A stretch of DNA of 63,094 bases from assembly GCF_004010195.1 (NCBI RefSeq), contig NC_057749.1:18330488-18393581 (forward strand). Direction: 5' to 3'. A program made the translations under genes and the position numbers. The stretch's first letter is position 1; each line of letters starts with the position of its first letter. The notes under the pieces are model-generated. The model saw only the letters and a program-made list of their open reading frames with translations, ran no database searches and was not told the DNA's origin. Below are positions 60,110 through 63,094 of this stretch, piece by piece. Origin of the DNA: Chiloscyllium plagiosum (taxonomy: Eukaryota).

Positions 60110-60857
60110 ACAATGGTAATGTCATTGGGCTAGTAGTAATCCAGAGACTCAGGCCGGTGCTCCGAGGATGAGAGTTCAAATCCCGTCATGGCAGGCAGCA
60201 CAATAAAAAATCCAAATCATCAATCTGCATGTGAAAGCCAGCCTCTGCAGTGATGATGTAAGGGCTGTTATAGTGCAGTGATAGTATAGGTACACGATCC
60301 TTTATCGGAAATCCCTTGGGGCCAGTTGTTTCTCGGATTTCGGAATTTTTCAGATTTCAGAATAAATGACATTTTGACAGTGAAATAAAAAGAATCTAAC
60401 TGAACACGTGTGAATAGTGGGACACAATTGGCGCCTGCCAGTATTGGGCCATGCCGCCACGTCACATCTGAGAGCCGTGGTTTGAGTGGGTGTGGAGTTG
60501 GGTCACCTGTTCGCACGCTAACAACCTTGTTATACAGAAAAAATCTTCATGAGAAAGCTTCGGATTTCAGATAAAGGATTGTGTACCTGTACGTATATTT
60601 GTTCCCAGATGTGTCATGTTTGAACAGGTTGATTAAAAGATCTCTAATGGTGACCTAGATTGTTGTAAAAACACTATTACGAGTTCACTCGTATCCTTTA
60701 GGGGAGACACACAGCCATTCTTAACTGGGCTGTTGTGCATGTGACTCTGGGACCAGAGTAATGTGATTGACTCTTACCTGTCCTCATTTCCAGTGCAATG
60801 AGGAATGAGCAGCAAATGCTGGCCTTGCCAGCGACCATCCGCATTCCTTGAAAGAAT
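60110..60857 (+). mobile_element. tRNA-derived SINE with RTE-X-like tail, interrupted by nested insertions
   Basis: tggtaatgtcattgggctagtagtaatccagag...gttcaaatccc head; aaatgctggccttgccagcgac tail. Confidence 0.6.
60287..60589. mobile_element. Tigger/Tc1-mariner-type MITE
   Basis: 28-bp TIRs (tAGGTACACgATCCTTTATCgGAAATCC / GGATTTCAGATAAAGGATTGTGTACCTG). TA TSD at 60285-60286 and 60590-60591. Confidence 0.85.
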
Positions 60858-61860
60858 AAAAGCAGAGTCCATGGAGCTGTGCGAGTGATACTTGGCCACT
60901 TTCTGTTCCTCTAAAACTGATTCAGCAGCAGTTGCCAATATTCGTGTGTAAAGAATTTGTCCTGTTGATGCAGTCATGTTTCAGGTTACTTAAATCCTTG
61001 TTTGTCACAGTGGGGCTTTAAACTGCTGGCCTCATCCAGTTTAACACTTTGATCAATACGCTGAGTATGTCTGGAAGTGGTTCATGTTGCACTGATGAGA
61101 AGCATTAAATTCCACCATCCTTCAGTTCTGAGAAATGGGTCCATGAAGTGAATCCCTGGTGGAGGATTGAAGCTGTGCTGTGGCTGATCTCTTTTAATCA
61201 CCTTAAACCCTCCATGCACTTTGAAAGCTGCACTTTTACTATGTGGCATCCTGAGGTGTCTCTGTGCCCTGTCATTCCTTTCAAGCTTTCAACAATGTCA
61301 GACACAGCCCATAATTATATCATTAAGAATGTGGTTTGCCAATTTTATTCCACTCAAGAAGAATGTTATTGTGAAGACTGTACTTTGGCATAAATTCAAT
61401 AAAGTGTTGCTTATAAAATTGTACGTGCAGTATCGCCCAACGGCTATGGAGACACCACCACATAGAAGTGGCTTGTTCTGCCCTTCCCTCGAATCGCGAT
61501 GAGATATTAGATGCTGAGTCGATGCTGGGAGGTTTGTGGGTAACAAGATAATTGAGCAAAACATTCTGATCAAAGTGTTCCCTCTTTATTCAAGGAAGTT
61601 ATCCAATTCTAAAGTGAGGTGGTGTGCAAGAGGGCTTGATGAAGTAGATGCTAAGTTTGTTTCCCCATGTTGAATAGTCAAGAACTTGGGGAGGGAGGGG
61701 GGGGGGGGGGCTGCCGGCATGTGTAACCGCAGGATAAGAAGTCAGTCATTTAGGACTCACAAGAAATAACCTGAATGATGTTGAAACTTCCTTTATTGAA
61801 TATAAGTTTATTGCTTGATTTTCTAGCAATTGAATTAAGCTTTCTTGTTTAGTATTGTGT

Positions 61861-62168
61861 GGGCGGCACAGTGGTTAGCACTGCTGTCTCACAGCGCCAG
61901 AGACCCAGGTTCAGTTCCCGCCTCAGGCGACTCTGTGTGGAGTTTGCACATTCTCCCCGTGTCTGCGTGAGTTTCCTCCGGGTGCTCCGGTTTCCTCCCA
62001 CAATCCAAAAATGTGCAGGTCAGGTGGATTGGCCATGCTAAATTGCCCGTAGTGTTAGGTGTAGGGGTAAATGTAGGAGAATGGGTCTGGGTGGGTTACG
62101 CTTCGGCGGGTTGGTGTGGACTTGTTGGGCCGAAGGGCCTGTTTCCACACTGTAAGTAATCTAATCTA
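61861..62168 (+). mobile_element. HE1-type V-SINE
   Basis: Canonical head, V-domain, and gggccgaagggcctgtttccacactgtaagtaatctaatcta tail. Confidence 0.92.
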
Positions 62169-62177
62169 AAAATCATA

Positions 62178-63094
62178 AGTGGGGTATGGATGCTAGGGCA
62201 GTTGCTTGCTCCTCCTGCAGAATGTGGCAGGTGAGCGAGAAAATGTGGCAAGTGAGAGACATGATACATGTCTCCGCTGGCTATATCTGCAGAAAGTGCA
62301 CCCAACTCCAGCTCCTTGAAAACCGTTGGGGAATTGGAGCTGGAGCTGGAGCTGGATGAACTACAGATCATTCGGGAGGCTGAGGGGGTAATTGAGAGGC
62401 GTTACCGGGAGTTGGTCACTCCTAAGGCTCAGGATAAGGATAGTTGGGTTACAGTCAGGGGGAGGAAAGGGAACAGACAGACAGTGCAGATATCCCCTGT
62501 GGACATTCCACTCAGCAATAAGTATACCGTTTTGGGTACTGCTGGATGACCTACCAGAGGAAAGCCATAGTGGTCAGTTCTCTGGCACTGTGCCTGACAC
62601 TGTGGCCCAGAAGGGAACGGGGCAGAAGAGAAAAGTGCTAGTGGTAGGAGACTCAATTTTTAGGAGAATTGACAGGAGATTTTGTGGTCAGGATTGGGAT
62701 TCCCGGAAGGTATGTTGCCTCCCTGGTGCCAGGGTCCGGGACGTCTCCGATCGGTGTATAAGGTTCTAAAAGGGGAGGGTGAACAGCCAGAAATCATGTT
62801 ACATATTGGCACTAATGATATAGCCAGGAAAAGGATCAAGGATATAAAAAGTGATTTCAGGGATTTAGGGTGGAAGCTGCAGAGCAGGATGAACAGAGTA
62901 GTGTTCTCGGGTTTACTACTGGTGCCACGAGATAGCGAGGCGAGGAACAGGGAGCGGGCGCAGCTTAACACGTGGCTGAGCAGCTGGTGTAAGAGGGAGG
63001 GCTTCAGATATGTAGGTAATTGGGATGCCTTCTGGGGAAGGTGGGACCTGTACAAGAAGGACAGGTTGCATCTGAACTGGAAGGGGACCAATGT
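62178..63094 (+). mobile_element. CR1 LINE ORF1 (zinc finger, leucine zipper, SGNH esterase-like domain), frameshifted, runs off the window
   Basis: CSSCRMW...YICRKC; VGELELELELDEL; VLVVGDSIFR...CCLPGARVRDV...HIGTND...WDLYKKDRLHLNWKG. Confidence 0.9.

Noticed and set aside
61688..61710. Long G run as a functional G-quadruplex
   Set aside because: A simple homopolymer with no supporting context; its length is error-prone in assemblies.
2179..63094. Further ZNF609 exons or a nested host gene among the many short ORFs
   Set aside because: None shows recognisable ZNF609 or other host-protein similarity; those I can identify are TE-derived. Small or non-coding exons cannot be excluded without RNA-seq.

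Overview
Eukaryotic, repeat-rich genomic DNA, most likely from a shark or other elasmobranch (inferred from HE1-type V-SINEs and their CR1/HER1 partner LINEs). The only host gene sequence I can support is the first coding exon of ZNF609 (exon 1193-2097, CDS 1318-2097, + strand). This is the ortholog of the exon that forms mammalian circ-ZNF609. Everything downstream appears to be one large intron filled with decayed transposable elements: CR1, L2, Rex1/Babar and RTE-X-like LINEs, several SINE families, Penelope-like elements (PLEs), Tigger-like MITEs, an LTR element and a tRNA-Phe pseudogene. Highlights: (1) an intact-looking minimal hammerhead ribozyme motif in a Penelope pseudo-LTR (311-350), plus a family of short TSD-flanked fold-back elements carrying a hammerhead-like core; (2) an antisense, apparently non-coding LTR element with a tRNA-Ser primer-binding site, whose leader holds a periodic array of tRNA T-arm/B-box-like hairpins; (3) a near-perfect 195-bp inverted duplication (7372-7913); (4) a predicted back-splice ORF and a uORF in the ZNF609 exon. 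Repeat boundaries were set by eye and are approximate unless a TSD or TIR is quoted. Family names come from motif recognition, not from a database search.
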